Below are positions 10,751 through 21,493 of a DNA stretch of 64,000 nt, one piece after another. The notes beneath the pieces are model-generated. The model did no database searches. It was not told the DNA's origin and saw nothing but the letters and a program-made list of their open reading frames with translations. The stretch covers positions 1,376,001 through 1,440,000 of the forward strand of contig OY969559.1 in NCBI GenBank assembly GCA_963701075.1, in the 5' to 3' direction. Made by a program: the position numbers and the translations under genes. Origin of the DNA: an uncultured Nitrososphaerota archaeon. Its GTDB lineage: Archaea; Thermoproteota; Nitrososphaeria; Nitrososphaerales; Nitrosopumilaceae. Every line of letters begins with the position of its first letter. Position 1 is the first letter of the stretch.

Positions 10751-10996
10751 GTAGTCACTACTAAGCGGGTACTATTACTTATATGTTACCTAGATAGAGA
10801 CAGTAACCTGTGGTATTCTCCATTTTAGGCTATAATTTTATCAGAGTTAAAGATAACTGCAATACCTCAAAAGATCAGATAGTCAATTTAATGAAATTTT
10901 GAATGAATTCACAATCGTAAATTAATAGAACTCCAGTAATAAGCGAACCAGGTAGAGATTAGAGTGATCAATTAACACAAAATTCAAATTGAAAAC

Positions 10997-11227
10997 ATGA
11001 GTTTGTACAACATGTCTTTAACAAATAGAGAGAAAATAGGAATTTTGATCTCACAAGCAATAACTCTCTATTCTACCAGATTGCAAGAAAATAAAATTTC
11101 AGAACATCAATCAGTAATTGATTTCATATTAAAAAATATACCTGAACAGTACAAATCAGAATTAACTATCGATTTAATAGATGCTGTCTTTGCATTTGTT
11201 TCAAATAACAACATGGAACTTTCATAA
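10997..11227 (+). CDS. Small hypothetical protein
   Basis: 76-aa ORF, co-oriented with and 29 nt before purP. Confidence 0.6.
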   Translation: MSLYNMSLTNREKIGILISQAITLYSTRLQENKISEHQSVIDFILKNIPEQYKSELTIDLIDAVFAFVSNNNMELS

Positions 11228-11256
11228 GGCCCTCTAATCATATAGAAGATACAAGC

Positions 11257-12282
11257 ATGGTATCAATAGTTACGCTCGGTTCCCATTGTGCATTACAAGT
11301 GTTAAAAGGCGCAAAGGATGAAGGATTCAGAACTCTTTTAATTTGTGAAAAAAAACGCGAGAGGCTTTATCGTCGTTTTACATTCATCGATGAATTGATA
11401 CTTGTTGACTCTTTTAGTGAGATTTTGGAGCAACGCTGTATTACAAAACTGAAAGAACAGGAATCAATTGTCATACCGCATGGGACTTTGATTTCCCAAA
11501 TATCATCATCCGAAATAGAATCAATCAAAGTACCAATTTTTGGAAATAAGTGGATCCTAAGATGGGAATCTGATAGAAACATGAAAGAGCGAATGATGCA
11601 GGAATCAAAACTGCGTATGCCAAAATCTGTGTCAAGCTACAAGGAGATTAACGGCTTAGTCATTGCTAAAAGACATGGAGCAGCTGGCGGCAAAGGATAT
11701 TTTTTAACTTCAAGTGCAGAAGGTTACAAGAAAGAAAGAGACAAGCTTATTGCCCAAGGGCTTATCAAAGGCGATGATGATTTGTACCTGCAAGAATATG
11801 CGTTTGGAGTATCAGCATACCTGCAGTATTTCTATTCGCCAATAGGCGAGGATTTAGAATTCTTCGGTGTCGATAGACGATATGAATCTGACATAGATGG
11901 ACTTGGGCGAATTCCGGCACAACAACAAATGAGTGTTGATAAAATATCTTCGTTTAACGTGATTGGAAATAGTCCATTGGTTTTAAGAGAATCACTCTTG
12001 GATGAAGTTTACACTATGGGTGAGAAATTTGTCGAAGCAGCAAATCGTCTGGTTCCACCAGGTATGAATGGACCATTTTGTTTGGAGGGAGTTTACGATG
12101 AAAATGGCCAATTTACCTCCTTTGAGTTTTCTGCAAGAATAGTTGCAGGTACGAACCTTTACGTCGATGGTTCTCCTTATTCAGCATTTATCCACAATGA
12201 ACCAATGAGCATGGGACGGAGAATAGCGCGTGAGATCAAGATTGGAAAGGAAAAAGGCCAATTATCTAAAATAGTGACTTGA
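11257..12282 (+). CDS. purP: PurP-family formate--AICAR ligase (ATP-grasp)
   Basis: TLGSHCALQ, GGKGYF, DRRYES, GNSPLVLRESLL, FEFSARIVAGTN, MGRRIAREIK. Confidence 0.92.
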   Translation: MVSIVTLGSHCALQVLKGAKDEGFRTLLICEKKRERLYRRFTFIDELILVDSFSEILEQRCITKLKEQESIVIPHGTLISQISSSEIESIKVPIFGNKWILRWESDRNMKERMMQESKLRMPKSVSSYKEINGLVIAKRHGAAGGKGYFLTSSAEGYKKERDKLIAQGLIKGDDDLYLQEYAFGVSAYLQYFYSPIGEDLEFFGVDRRYESDIDGLGRIPAQQQMSVDKISSFNVIGNSPLVLRESLLDEVYTMGEKFVEAANRLVPPGMNGPFCLEGVYDENGQFTSFEFSARIVAGTNLYVDGSPYSAFIHNEPMSMGRRIAREIKIGKEKGQLSKIVT

Positions 12283-12357
12283 TAATTTTTCCAAGACATG
12301 AGATTTGTATCACTATTTTTCAAGCAAATTTAGCAGACAGGTGATGAAGAGATAAGA

Positions 12358-13728
12358 TTAACCCATTGTTAATGTTCCATCATAATACTTTACTACTATG
12401 CTGTACGATTTGTCATTATATATGATTGTAAATGATTTGTCTCGTGGAGCATTATCCAATATAACTATGTCAGCTATTCCACCGTCATCATAATCGCTAA
12501 AGATACCAGAGTTTGGAGTAAGTTCACACAGTGTGATCGGAACTGAAAACCCGCTAATTGATTGTGTACGCATGAGTCCATTATTATCCTCAAATAATGT
12601 TTGAATTCCATTACTCTGTAGCCTTGCGACGACTACTCCTTGTGGAGCTACATTCTGTGTTAACGCACCATTATGATTGAACATGAATGTAGTCAAATTC
12701 CCAATAAGATTTTGCATTGCAGGTGTGCCATCTGCGTCTGGCTTGCCAGTTCTGTCAAAGGCCATGTAATATAACGTGTTATTTGTTGGAGAAGTCCCCC
12801 ATGTCCACGAATCTTCCGAGGTTGGATCAATGTTAAGCTGTGGATCAAGCAAGTCGCCCTGAACTTGTGCGTTCGGTGGAAAACCAGTTCTATCTGCAAA
12901 TACACGAATTAGGTTAGACGGAATTCTGTCAAAAATTAAGTTGACTATTTGATCTCCTCCTGCATTTTGATAATCAACTGTTACTGGAGTTGGAAATGCT
13001 GAAAAATCATATAGTTGAATTACCGGCCAGACATTTTCCTCTACAGCATTAGCTGCAAAACCATCTACATTTGTGTTAAGAGTTTCATTTTCTCTTATCA
13101 CATGCTCCATTTGGTTTGTAGTAAGTACTCCTGGTATGTTTGTGCATGCCTGAAGATTTGATGGACTAATTTTAGCTCCACCGTTGTTAGTATCATTGAT
13201 TGAACCAAATCCCCCTCTAGCAATCGTAAATCCTACAGTCTCCGAGTAGTCAAGACCAGATTTTGGCGAAAATGAGCTATCCGGTCCACAGAAACCGCCA
13301 AAATTCAACCCTTTACCGGTGAGCACAGCAGTGTTAGCAGCGGCAATTGCTTGATTTCTATCAGCAAAGTACCCATACCAATTACCGTCGGTACCCTGTT
13401 CCATTCTTAGTCTTTTACCGTTGACAGTTACTACTGGTTCACCATAAACTTGATTCAATTGGTTCATGTTTGGATCAGACACTACGACCTCTATCACCAT
13501 AGGTCCAGCAAAATAATTCGTCGTCAAAGAGTTTTCGGCAGATACATACAGATTTGGATTAGATGACACATGCTGTACCGGCTCGTATTGCGGAAGCAGT
13601 CCATCCATTGCTTTTACAGGATTTATTGCAGACGGTAAAAGGACAATGCTTGATATGAGAATTAGAATCAAAAGCAGTGAAGAGGTCTGCCGAATATTTG
13701 ATACAAAGTCAAATCGTTGAAATTTCAT
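12358..13728 (-). CDS. Secreted or cell-surface protein of a thaumarchaeal family, function unknown
   Basis: Signal peptide; NPNLYVSAEN...FAGPMVIEVV...GNWYGYFA; Asn/Thr/Gly-rich; start placed at MKFQRF. Confidence 0.7.
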   Translation of the reverse strand: MKFQRFDFVSNIRQTSSLLLILILISSIVLLPSAINPVKAMDGLLPQYEPVQHVSSNPNLYVSAENSLTTNYFAGPMVIEVVVSDPNMNQLNQVYGEPVVTVNGKRLRMEQGTDGNWYGYFADRNQAIAAANTAVLTGKGLNFGGFCGPDSSFSPKSGLDYSETVGFTIARGGFGSINDTNNGGAKISPSNLQACTNIPGVLTTNQMEHVIRENETLNTNVDGFAANAVEENVWPVIQLYDFSAFPTPVTVDYQNAGGDQIVNLIFDRIPSNLIRVFADRTGFPPNAQVQGDLLDPQLNIDPTSEDSWTWGTSPTNNTLYYMAFDRTGKPDADGTPAMQNLIGNLTTFMFNHNGALTQNVAPQGVVVARLQSNGIQTLFEDNNGLMRTQSISGFSVPITLCELTPNSGIFSDYDDGGIADIVILDNAPRDKSFTIIYNDKSYSIVVKYYDGTLTMG

Positions 13729-13948
13729 ATAAAAACGTGAATTTGTCCGGTATATAAAAATAAAAATCATTTTTATACGTATTTTGTGTTTTAAATTAGA
13801 AGATCGAGATGAGTCGGATCGATAAACTGAATTAATTACGAAATACGGATGATCAAAAATAACTTTATTTAAACAACAAACTTGTTCTAAGAACTTGGAA
13901 TACCTTACATTTGGTTTAAATAGTTAGGCCGACCTAATCCAAAAAATA

Positions 13949-14287
13949 TTGAAGAAAAAAATGTCATTTTCACAATTGAAAAAATATGATATAAACCAAA
14001 AAGTTTTGGAAGCTTTAGCTGATGCACAATCTAGGACAATATTATTTTCAATTATAAAAGAAGGAAAGACGGCAACAGAACTATCTGAAAAATACCGCAT
14101 TCCGTTAAGCTCCGTATACAAGAAAATCACAGATTTGGAAGAGATTGCTCTTGTTAGGGTTGAAAAATGGGAAATGTCAGACGGTGGAAAAAGATTCAAA
14201 GTGTACAAGAGTCGAATTAGCAAAGCAGAAATTAGCATCAAAAAACCAGAGCCATCAATTGCTCTGACTCCAAATCAAGATACATAG
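13949..14287 (+). CDS. Winged-HTH (ArsR-like) transcriptional regulator
   Basis: LEALAD..SRTIL, KTATELS...IPLSSVYKKI..L, GKRFKVYKS. Confidence 0.85.
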   Translation: MKKKMSFSQLKKYDINQKVLEALADAQSRTILFSIIKEGKTATELSEKYRIPLSSVYKKITDLEEIALVRVEKWEMSDGGKRFKVYKSRISKAEISIKKPEPSIALTPNQDT

Positions 14288-14448
14288 AGATTTTTTGTTC
14301 ATATGAAATGACATCTTCAAAAAATATTTGACAAACCACTAAATTATGTGTTGTAACTAGTCATATTTGCACTCGGTACTAGAAAGCAAAAATAGCATTT
14401 AGACGAATTCTGACAAATCCTAATATTGGCATAAAATCCAGCGAAAAC

Positions 14449-15150
14449 ATGAAAAAATACTATATTGTCATTCCATTAGCGGTTGCAATTGTTGCAGTAT
14501 CTGTTTATCTATTTCATCCGCATGAAAATGCTTTCAATACATCATCATCTCAGACATTGATTGAAAATCAGTCAATCCAGCAACAATCAAACTCATCCAA
14601 TACACTATCAGTTCAAACATTGATTGAAAATGGCTCTCCTATGCTAGGTGATCCTAATGCAAAGATTACCATCGTAGAGTGGGGTGATTACCAATGTACC
14701 TATTGTCACCTATTTCATCAAAACACCAAAGATCAGATAATTCAAGAATATGTCAATACTGGAAAAGTGAATTTTGTGTTTCGAGACTTTCCATTAAATG
14801 GACCTGATTCCGTACTAGCTGCAGAAGCAGCATATTGTGCTGGCGACCAGGACGAGTACTGGCAGTATCACGATGAGTTATACAACAATTGGGGCGGGGA
14901 AAGAACTGGATGGGTCAACCAAAAATCACTTGATCAGTTTGCAACAAATGTCGGCCTTGATTTGAATCAGTTTGACAAATGTATGAGTGACAAAAAATAT
15001 GAAAACAAGGTACTTGCGAACCAACAATTTGGTCAGGAGATCGGCATTGACGGAACGCCATCATTTATCATATTCAATGACAAAACGATTACAAAAATAG
15101 TAGGGGCACAACCCTTTTCTGTTTTCAAGCAAGTGCTTGACAACATCTAA
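14449..15150 (+). CDS. Membrane-anchored DsbA-family oxidoreductase
   Basis: GDPNAKITIVEWGDYQCTYC, RDFPL, GTPSF, GAQP; N-terminal transmembrane segment. Confidence 0.9.
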   Translation: MKKYYIVIPLAVAIVAVSVYLFHPHENAFNTSSSQTLIENQSIQQQSNSSNTLSVQTLIENGSPMLGDPNAKITIVEWGDYQCTYCHLFHQNTKDQIIQEYVNTGKVNFVFRDFPLNGPDSVLAAEAAYCAGDQDEYWQYHDELYNNWGGERTGWVNQKSLDQFATNVGLDLNQFDKCMSDKKYENKVLANQQFGQEIGIDGTPSFIIFNDKTITKIVGAQPFSVFKQVLDNI

Positions 15151-15171
15151 CCTAATCTAGGGAGTATTATA

Positions 15172-16447
15172 ATGGTCAAGCCAAAAATCGAAAAACAAGA
15201 TTCTGTAAAATTATATCGCCTGCGAAAGATGTTAGAAGAGCTTATCTGATAAAAGCGGGCACGGAACAGAACTAATTACGCTTTATGCACCACCAAAAAA
15301 AGCTCTCCATGAAATCATAAACGGGCTAAGAGAAGAGCAAGGAACCGCAGACAACATAAAGTCAGATCTCACTCGTACCCATGTTGTTGATGCATTGTCA
15401 AGAGTAATCCAGCGGTTGAAACTATACAAAAAAACTCCAGATAACGGTCTTGTTATGTTCTGTGGCGCGTTGCCTCCCGAAGGTGGCGGCCCAATTGGAA
15501 GCGAAGTGATAAAAATGTACGAGATAGAACCGCCAAAAGAACTCCAGACATTTCTCTACAGATGTGATGATCATTTTCATGTTGATATTCTAAAAGACAT
15601 GCTCAGAGAAGAAAACATGATAGGATTTCTTGCAATTGATGCAAAAGATGCAGGATGGGGTCTTTTACGCGGAGACAGACTCGATGTGTTGTCTGAAACA
15701 TCATCAGGGGTTGCAGGCAAACACAGACAGGGCGGTCAGTCTGCAAGAAGATTTGAAAGACTAAGAGAGATGGAGCTTAACGATTACTACAACAGAGTTG
15801 CGCACACGACAAAGGAATATTTCATCGACATCTATCCAATAAAGGGTCTTATCATCTCAGGACCTGGCCCCACTAAAGAAAATTTCATAAAAGAAGAATA
15901 TTTAGAATACAGACTTCAGAACATGATCACTGCCACTCTGGACACTTCATACGCTGGTGCCGAAGGTGTCAGGGAGGCTTTTTCAAGGGCACAGGATGTA
16001 CTTACCGATTTTAGGATGGTTGAAGAGAAGAGGTTGGTAGAGAAGTTATTCTATGACATACACAACACAAAAGGCCTTGCTACTTATGGGTTAAATGAGG
16101 TAATAGACCTGCTCAAAAGAAATGTAGTAGACATGATACTAATAACTGATGATACCAACTTGCGCAAGATTGACATCACATGCAAAAGATGCCAACACGT
16201 ACAGTCAGAAATCCTAGAAAGACCAAAGGTGATTCCAAAAATACAGGAACTTTTAAGCAAACCATGCCCCAGCTGCAAGAGCATGGATTTAGAATCATCA
16301 GAAAGAGATATTGTAGATTATCTGTCTTTGCTTTCTAACGAAGCAGGAACAAAAATAGAGGTGATATCTGGCACTACAGAACATGGGGCAATGTTGTCAA
16401 GCATAGGAAAGATAGGCGCATTTTTGAGATATAATCCAAACCAATAA
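15172..16447 (+). CDS. prf1: Peptide chain release factor aRF1, with one extra base near 15241-15244 (probable sequencing error)
   Basis: NIKS, YRCD and GGQ motifs; N-terminus MVKPKIEKQDSVKLYRLRKMLEEL joins SDKSGHGTELITLY in the +1 frame; total length is 3n+1. Confidence 0.93.
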
Positions 16448-16500
16448 TTCAAATTATAAAATTCGGTAACTCTAAATAATTTATATTTTCAATTCCAAAC

Positions 16501-16821
16501 ATGGAACATGTAACACCAGATGAATTTGATTCAAAGGTATTGAACAATGACAAAAAGACGCTTGTTCTTTTTTATGCCAGTTGGTGTCCTTATTGTGCAA
16601 ATTTCAAGCCTCTCTTTGAAAGCATGAATGTAAGCAATGTTGAAAAAGTTGGAGCTCTGGTAGACGAAGATGAAAATCCACTTTGGGACAGATTTAACAT
16701 TCAGGCAGTTCCCACAATGATTGCTTTTGAAAAAGGAAAGATAATTGATAGAAAAGATGCAAAAAAACATGTAGGTCTAACTAAAGCAGATATGGAATCA
16801 ATCATAACGAAATTAGTCTAA
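16501..16821 (+). CDS. Thioredoxin-family protein
   Basis: FYASWCPYC, IQAVPT. Confidence 0.9.
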   Translation: MEHVTPDEFDSKVLNNDKKTLVLFYASWCPYCANFKPLFESMNVSNVEKVGALVDEDENPLWDRFNIQAVPTMIAFEKGKIIDRKDAKKHVGLTKADMESIITKLV

Positions 16822-17226
16822 TTTTATAAAATTTTTAATTTTATTAGATAATTTTTCTAGCTCTTCATCATTTGCAATCATTCTTCGTTTCCACGGGTTG
16901 CTCATTGTCTCATATCTTGGTATGACATGTACATGAACATGTGGGATTATCTGATTTGCAGCCCTGCCATTATTTTGACCAATGTTAAATCCGTCTGCTC
17001 CTGTTGCTTTCAATATAGCTTTTGCCACCCGTGGAACTTTAGCAAATAAAGACGATACATCTTCTGTTGACATGTCGATTATTTTTTCATGATGTTCTCT
17101 TGGGATTACAAGTGAGTGACCAAGATGGATTGGATACTTGTCCATTATGGCAATATGCGTTTTGTCTTCATAGATAAGATATGCATTTTGTTTTCCGGCA
17201 ATTATATCACAGAAAATGCAGTTCAT
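16813..17226 (-). CDS. HIT-family hydrolase
   Basis: CIFC, GHSLVIP, histidine triad HVHVHVIPR. Confidence 0.93.
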   Translation of the reverse strand: MNCIFCDIIAGKQNAYLIYEDKTHIAIMDKYPIHLGHSLVIPREHHEKIIDMSTEDVSSLFAKVPRVAKAILKATGADGFNIGQNNGRAANQIIPHVHVHVIPRYETMSNPWKRRMIANDEELEKLSNKIKNFIKLD

Positions 17227-17505
17227 GAGATTCTCCGTCCTTTATTTTATTTATAGTATAGGACTACGTCAGCAAAGATTTTGTGAAGATGCCGAATCTG
17301 CATTGTATCATGGTACAAGATTCATGGGGCTGAATTTATCGATATTAGATACGCAAAAACGTGTCAGTTAATGAGTCATACACATGTTTGATTTTAGTGA
17401 TGTTTTGACGGATTTTTATAATTTAGGCATAAGACATGTATTCAAAGCCAAACAAGCTGTAGACTATAGAAAACGCTTATGTATACGAGGCATCAACACT
17501 CGATA

Positions 17506-18117
17506 ATGCACAAGCGAATCGTCAAAATTGCAAGCGCCATAGTCGCTGCATTAGTTTTAACGCTTGTGGGAGCTAATTCGTCTGTCCATGCATTAAGTGA
17601 CGCCATATACTATCCACCATCATTTGGTGGTGCGCCTTCTGCCGGGTCTTCACTCGGTGGTACTTCATTGACTTATAGTGATGGTTTGACCATTAATGGA
17701 AATACATATGACATATCCAAGAACATACAAACAATACCAACTGTACCACTTTACGTGGGTGCACCTGCAACCATAACAGTCAAACTATGGGACAGTAGCG
17801 GTACGTATGAAATTCAAGGTGTAGCCATGTTTCTCAATGTAAGAGGTTACAACCCAAGTGCAGGATCTAGCGATACATGGGTACAGTATTCCACAACAAC
17901 TGGAGTTACTGTGCATGATCCTCATGGCCTCCTAGGTACTACTACAGCTAGCGTCACGTACGACAAAAGCTTCATGTATGTAACATTTCACCTGACGCCC
18001 AATAATCCAATGAGCACATCATGGATGATTTTCACAGCATGGGATAAGCACATGGCATCCAATACAGCCAAGGTAGATAACGCAGTAAACTTCTCATACA
18101 TACCATTTTCGTACTAA
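17506..18117 (+). CDS. Secreted hypothetical protein
   Basis: Signal peptide ending VHA; beta-rich Thr/Ser/Gly composition; alternative start at 17479. Confidence 0.7.
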   Translation: MHKRIVKIASAIVAALVLTLVGANSSVHALSDAIYYPPSFGGAPSAGSSLGGTSLTYSDGLTINGNTYDISKNIQTIPTVPLYVGAPATITVKLWDSSGTYEIQGVAMFLNVRGYNPSAGSSDTWVQYSTTTGVTVHDPHGLLGTTTASVTYDKSFMYVTFHLTPNNPMSTSWMIFTAWDKHMASNTAKVDNAVNFSYIPFSY

Positions 18118-18258
18118 ATTCAACTCCCTCAAGTTTCATAACTTTTTTTGATTATTTTTCACTAGTTTATCTAATTATTATCTGACAAACCAGATCTTGT
18201 ACAGTTTCACATTATCAGATATAGTTAATTAGGGTAGAATTTTGACGTTTATCGTTAA

Positions 18259-18861
18259 ATGGGCAAAAAAGAAAGAGAAGAACGCGAGCAGGAACGTGAA
18301 AGCTTTTACGAAAAACGTCAGAAACAGCAATTCAAGTACAAGGCGATTGGAATAGGAGTATTAGCTGGCGTGGTAGCTGTTCTTGCCATTTCAAGTTACA
18401 ATTTTTACGTATTATCTACTCAGGTAGTACCGCAAGGTGTTCCTCCAGGAGCAGGCCCACTTGGAAATGTAAACATACAAGCAGGAATACTAACCATGAT
18501 TTACGGTCAACAGTTTGATTATTCGTCTACTGTATATCAGGTAAAAAACGCATATATCGATTTTGAGAAGGAGAACGGAGAAACAATTCACATGCATGCG
18601 GCCAATGTAACCCTTGGTTTCCTGTACAATTCGTTAAACATAGGGTTAACTGACAATTGTTTTACATTCCCTGACAAACGTGCCTTTTGTACAGACGACA
18701 AATATAGCCTCAAGTTCTTCATAAACCACCACCAAGTCCAAGATATTAGCAATTATGTCATAAAACAGAATGATCGAATACTCATATCTTATGGCAACGA
18801 GAACTCGACCCAGATAGATGCACAATTAGCAAAATTAGATTCATTTACTCTCATACCTTAA
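18259..18861 (+). CDS. Conserved thaumarchaeal membrane-anchored protein
   Basis: Charged N-terminus, one transmembrane segment, TIHMHA, C...C pair, YVIKQNDRILISYG. Confidence 0.7.
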   Translation: MGKKEREEREQERESFYEKRQKQQFKYKAIGIGVLAGVVAVLAISSYNFYVLSTQVVPQGVPPGAGPLGNVNIQAGILTMIYGQQFDYSSTVYQVKNAYIDFEKENGETIHMHAANVTLGFLYNSLNIGLTDNCFTFPDKRAFCTDDKYSLKFFINHHQVQDISNYVIKQNDRILISYGNENSTQIDAQLAKLDSFTLIP

Positions 18862-19673
18862 GGTTCGCTTAGAGCATCCTTTAGTACCTTGAATTCTTCA
18901 ATTGTGATCTCGCCTTTCACTAATCTATTCTTTAGAATAACTAGCGCATAGTCTTCTTGGGTTTCATCTACATCCAGTAGGGTTGATGAAGATTCATGAC
19001 TTGTAGTCATTCCAGATTTAGCGCCCATTTTTTTTCGATATAAAATAAATCCCACTATACCTGCACCGCAGATAATCATGGCTGGATAGAGAATATTTTT
19101 AAAATCATAACCGTTTGAAGATTGCTCCGAATCTGCATACGTAGAATTAACTGTAGTCAACGTCAATGTGTCATCAATAGTTATATCTTCATGCAATACA
19201 GACTCGTGTCGCTGATTAGAGTTTTGCAATGAGGTATTACTTTTATTAGTGTTTTGAGATAGTTGTGTATTATTTTGAGTTACTGGCATCATGGAAACTA
19301 TTGGCGAACCATTTGGCGAAAAATCAAAAAGTACAGTCTTGCCTTCAGATTCATCATTAACAAATGCTGTTGCATTATATGTTCCCTCAAGTGAGAATTG
19401 GTTCGGATCGTCAGTATTAACAGTTATCTGAAAATTACCATCAGATTCAGAAGCATTACCTGTGATCAAGACAAGTTTACCATGAGGATCGTGAATCTCA
19501 AGATTTACTATTTGAGAGCCAGTTTGATTGACTGTACCTGTAAAATACATGTTCATGTCTATGGCATATAACGTTCTATCAGTGTGCAATGATGTCACTT
19601 CAGCATATACTGGAGCGATAGTCAAAGAGAATAGGCCCAGTACCAATAGTGATATTAGATATCCCATCGTCAT
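18858..19673 (-). CDS. Exported Ig-like membrane protein with C-terminal SHOCT domain
   Basis: Signal peptide, GTYNATA, transmembrane segment, then ALVILKNRLVKGEITIEEFKVLK. Confidence 0.78.
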   Translation of the reverse strand: MTMGYLISLLVLGLFSLTIAPVYAEVTSLHTDRTLYAIDMNMYFTGTVNQTGSQIVNLEIHDPHGKLVLITGNASESDGNFQITVNTDDPNQFSLEGTYNATAFVNDESEGKTVLFDFSPNGSPIVSMMPVTQNNTQLSQNTNKSNTSLQNSNQRHESVLHEDITIDDTLTLTTVNSTYADSEQSSNGYDFKNILYPAMIICGAGIVGFILYRKKMGAKSGMTTSHESSSTLLDVDETQEDYALVILKNRLVKGEITIEEFKVLKDALSEP

Positions 19674-19743
19674 GTCATTCCAATGGCAAAAATTATTAAA
19701 AATAGATAGAATTGTGAAGAAGTGTTAATTAAATGAGAAATAA

Positions 19744-19760
19744 TTGACCAATTTAGTCAA
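19744..19760. promoter_or_regulatory. Near-perfect palindrome, candidate operator between divergent genes
   Basis: TTGACCAATTTAGTCAA. Confidence 0.35.
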
Positions 19761-19908
19761 GTTGAAGAGACCATGAGAACAATTCTAGGTAGTTTGTTCA
19801 TCTCAGTAAAGCTACAGATTTAGTGACTTTTGTAATATAGTTTGAAAATAGAAATGTGTTTAGCTCAAATTCCAGTTTTTAGGTTTAGGCACCAAGTGAT
19901 ATAAGAAA

Positions 19909-21291
19909 ATGATACGCAAGTTTAGCCCAAAAATACCATATAAAACAAAGATCCTGATACTTGGAGGAGGTTTTGCGGGAAGTAACGTACTACGTGAGAT
20001 TCAAAACAAATTTGGCAGCAATGCAGAAATAACATTGATCAGTCAAAATAACTTTTTTCTATTCACGCCAATGCTGCCGGAGATTTCGTCTGGGATGCTC
20101 CATCCAAGCGATATCTCCACTCCAATCAGAACTTTTTGTAAGACGGCAAATTTTTGCCATGCAAGAATTCTTTCAATTGACCTAGAACATAAAGCGGTAT
20201 CAGTAATTAGAATATTTGACCAGAAAGAAACCACATTTGAATACGATTATCTAATCCTTGCAATGGGAAGTAAGGATAACTTTTTTGGAAATATAAACAT
20301 TGAAGAATTTGCTTTCACAATCAAGACATTAGAGGACGCCATTGCAATTAGAAACCACATAATCAGCGTCCTAGAGTGCGCAGACCAAGAAAGAGACAAT
20401 ACACTGCAAGAACAGCTGCTACGATTTGTGGTGGTAGGAGGAGGGTTTGCAGGAATAGAAATTGCAACAGAGATGAATCATTTCTTGCATGATGCAGTGA
20501 AAAACTTTTACAAAAATATTGATTTAAAGAATATCCGCGTCATAATAGTTTCAGCAAGAAATGGAATTCTGCCAGAGGTTGGAGAGGAACTTGGAGAATT
20601 TGCGTTACAGTATGTACGAAGGTCAGGAATTGAAGTAATAACAAATACAAAAGCAGTTGATGCAGGAGAAGATCATGTCTTACTTAGCGATAATACAATC
20701 ATTCCATGCGCAACTTTTGTGTGGGCAGGCGGAGTCATAGTAGATCCTCTAATATCGTCACTCAAGTGCGAACATGGTGGCTCTGGCCGCGTAGTAGTTG
20801 ACCAGTATCTCAGACTCGAAGAATACCCAAACATATTTGCGCTTGGAGATTGTGCACATTTGGTAGATCCTCGCAATGGTACAATCTACCCAACTACGGC
20901 TCAAATTGCAATAAGGCAGGCAAAAATTGTATCAGAAAATCTTGCCGCTGAAATATACGGTCAAGAAGATTCAATGAAAATGTTTGATTATAAAAATAAA
21001 GGAGTCATGGCCACGATTGGAAAATGTACTGGCGTTGCATTAATCAATGGAAGAAAAGTACACGGATTCCAAGCTTGGCTTTTGTGGAGACTGTTTTACT
21101 GGTCTCATCTGCCTACAAGCGAGAAGAAAGTAAAGGTTGCCTTTGATTGGCTGCTCCATTCCATATTTCGAGCAGATATCATGACAGTAGGATTTATCAA
21201 GAAAAAGACTCTGACAAGACTTGAAACCCCGATGTATTCCATTCTAGAAAGAAGCCAAGAGGAATCTTCTGAAAATCTATCTTACCTATAA
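19909..21291 (+). CDS. ndh: Type II NADH dehydrogenase-like FAD oxidoreductase
   Basis: Two Rossmann motifs (ILGGGFAG, VVGGGFAGIE), FTPMLPE, FALGDCA, PTTAQ.A..Q, KGVMATIG. Confidence 0.85.
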   Translation: MIRKFSPKIPYKTKILILGGGFAGSNVLREIQNKFGSNAEITLISQNNFFLFTPMLPEISSGMLHPSDISTPIRTFCKTANFCHARILSIDLEHKAVSVIRIFDQKETTFEYDYLILAMGSKDNFFGNINIEEFAFTIKTLEDAIAIRNHIISVLECADQERDNTLQEQLLRFVVVGGGFAGIEIATEMNHFLHDAVKNFYKNIDLKNIRVIIVSARNGILPEVGEELGEFALQYVRRSGIEVITNTKAVDAGEDHVLLSDNTIIPCATFVWAGGVIVDPLISSLKCEHGGSGRVVVDQYLRLEEYPNIFALGDCAHLVDPRNGTIYPTTAQIAIRQAKIVSENLAAEIYGQEDSMKMFDYKNKGVMATIGKCTGVALINGRKVHGFQAWLLWRLFYWSHLPTSEKKVKVAFDWLLHSIFRADIMTVGFIKKKTLTRLETPMYSILERSQEESSENLSYL

Positions 21292-21493
21292 GACAAAAAA
21301 TTAGAAATTTTTCAAAAAGATTTTTGAATATAGGATTAGAAATATCAAGACGTGTGCTATTTGGTTGAGCAAACACCTACGCGTCTTGCAACATATTACT
21401 GAAAGTAAAATAAACTTTCAGTCACGTCTATGAATGATTTTTTGAATCAAAATGGCAAAGTACAAAATGCACTGTCTATTTTAAAGAGCCAGG

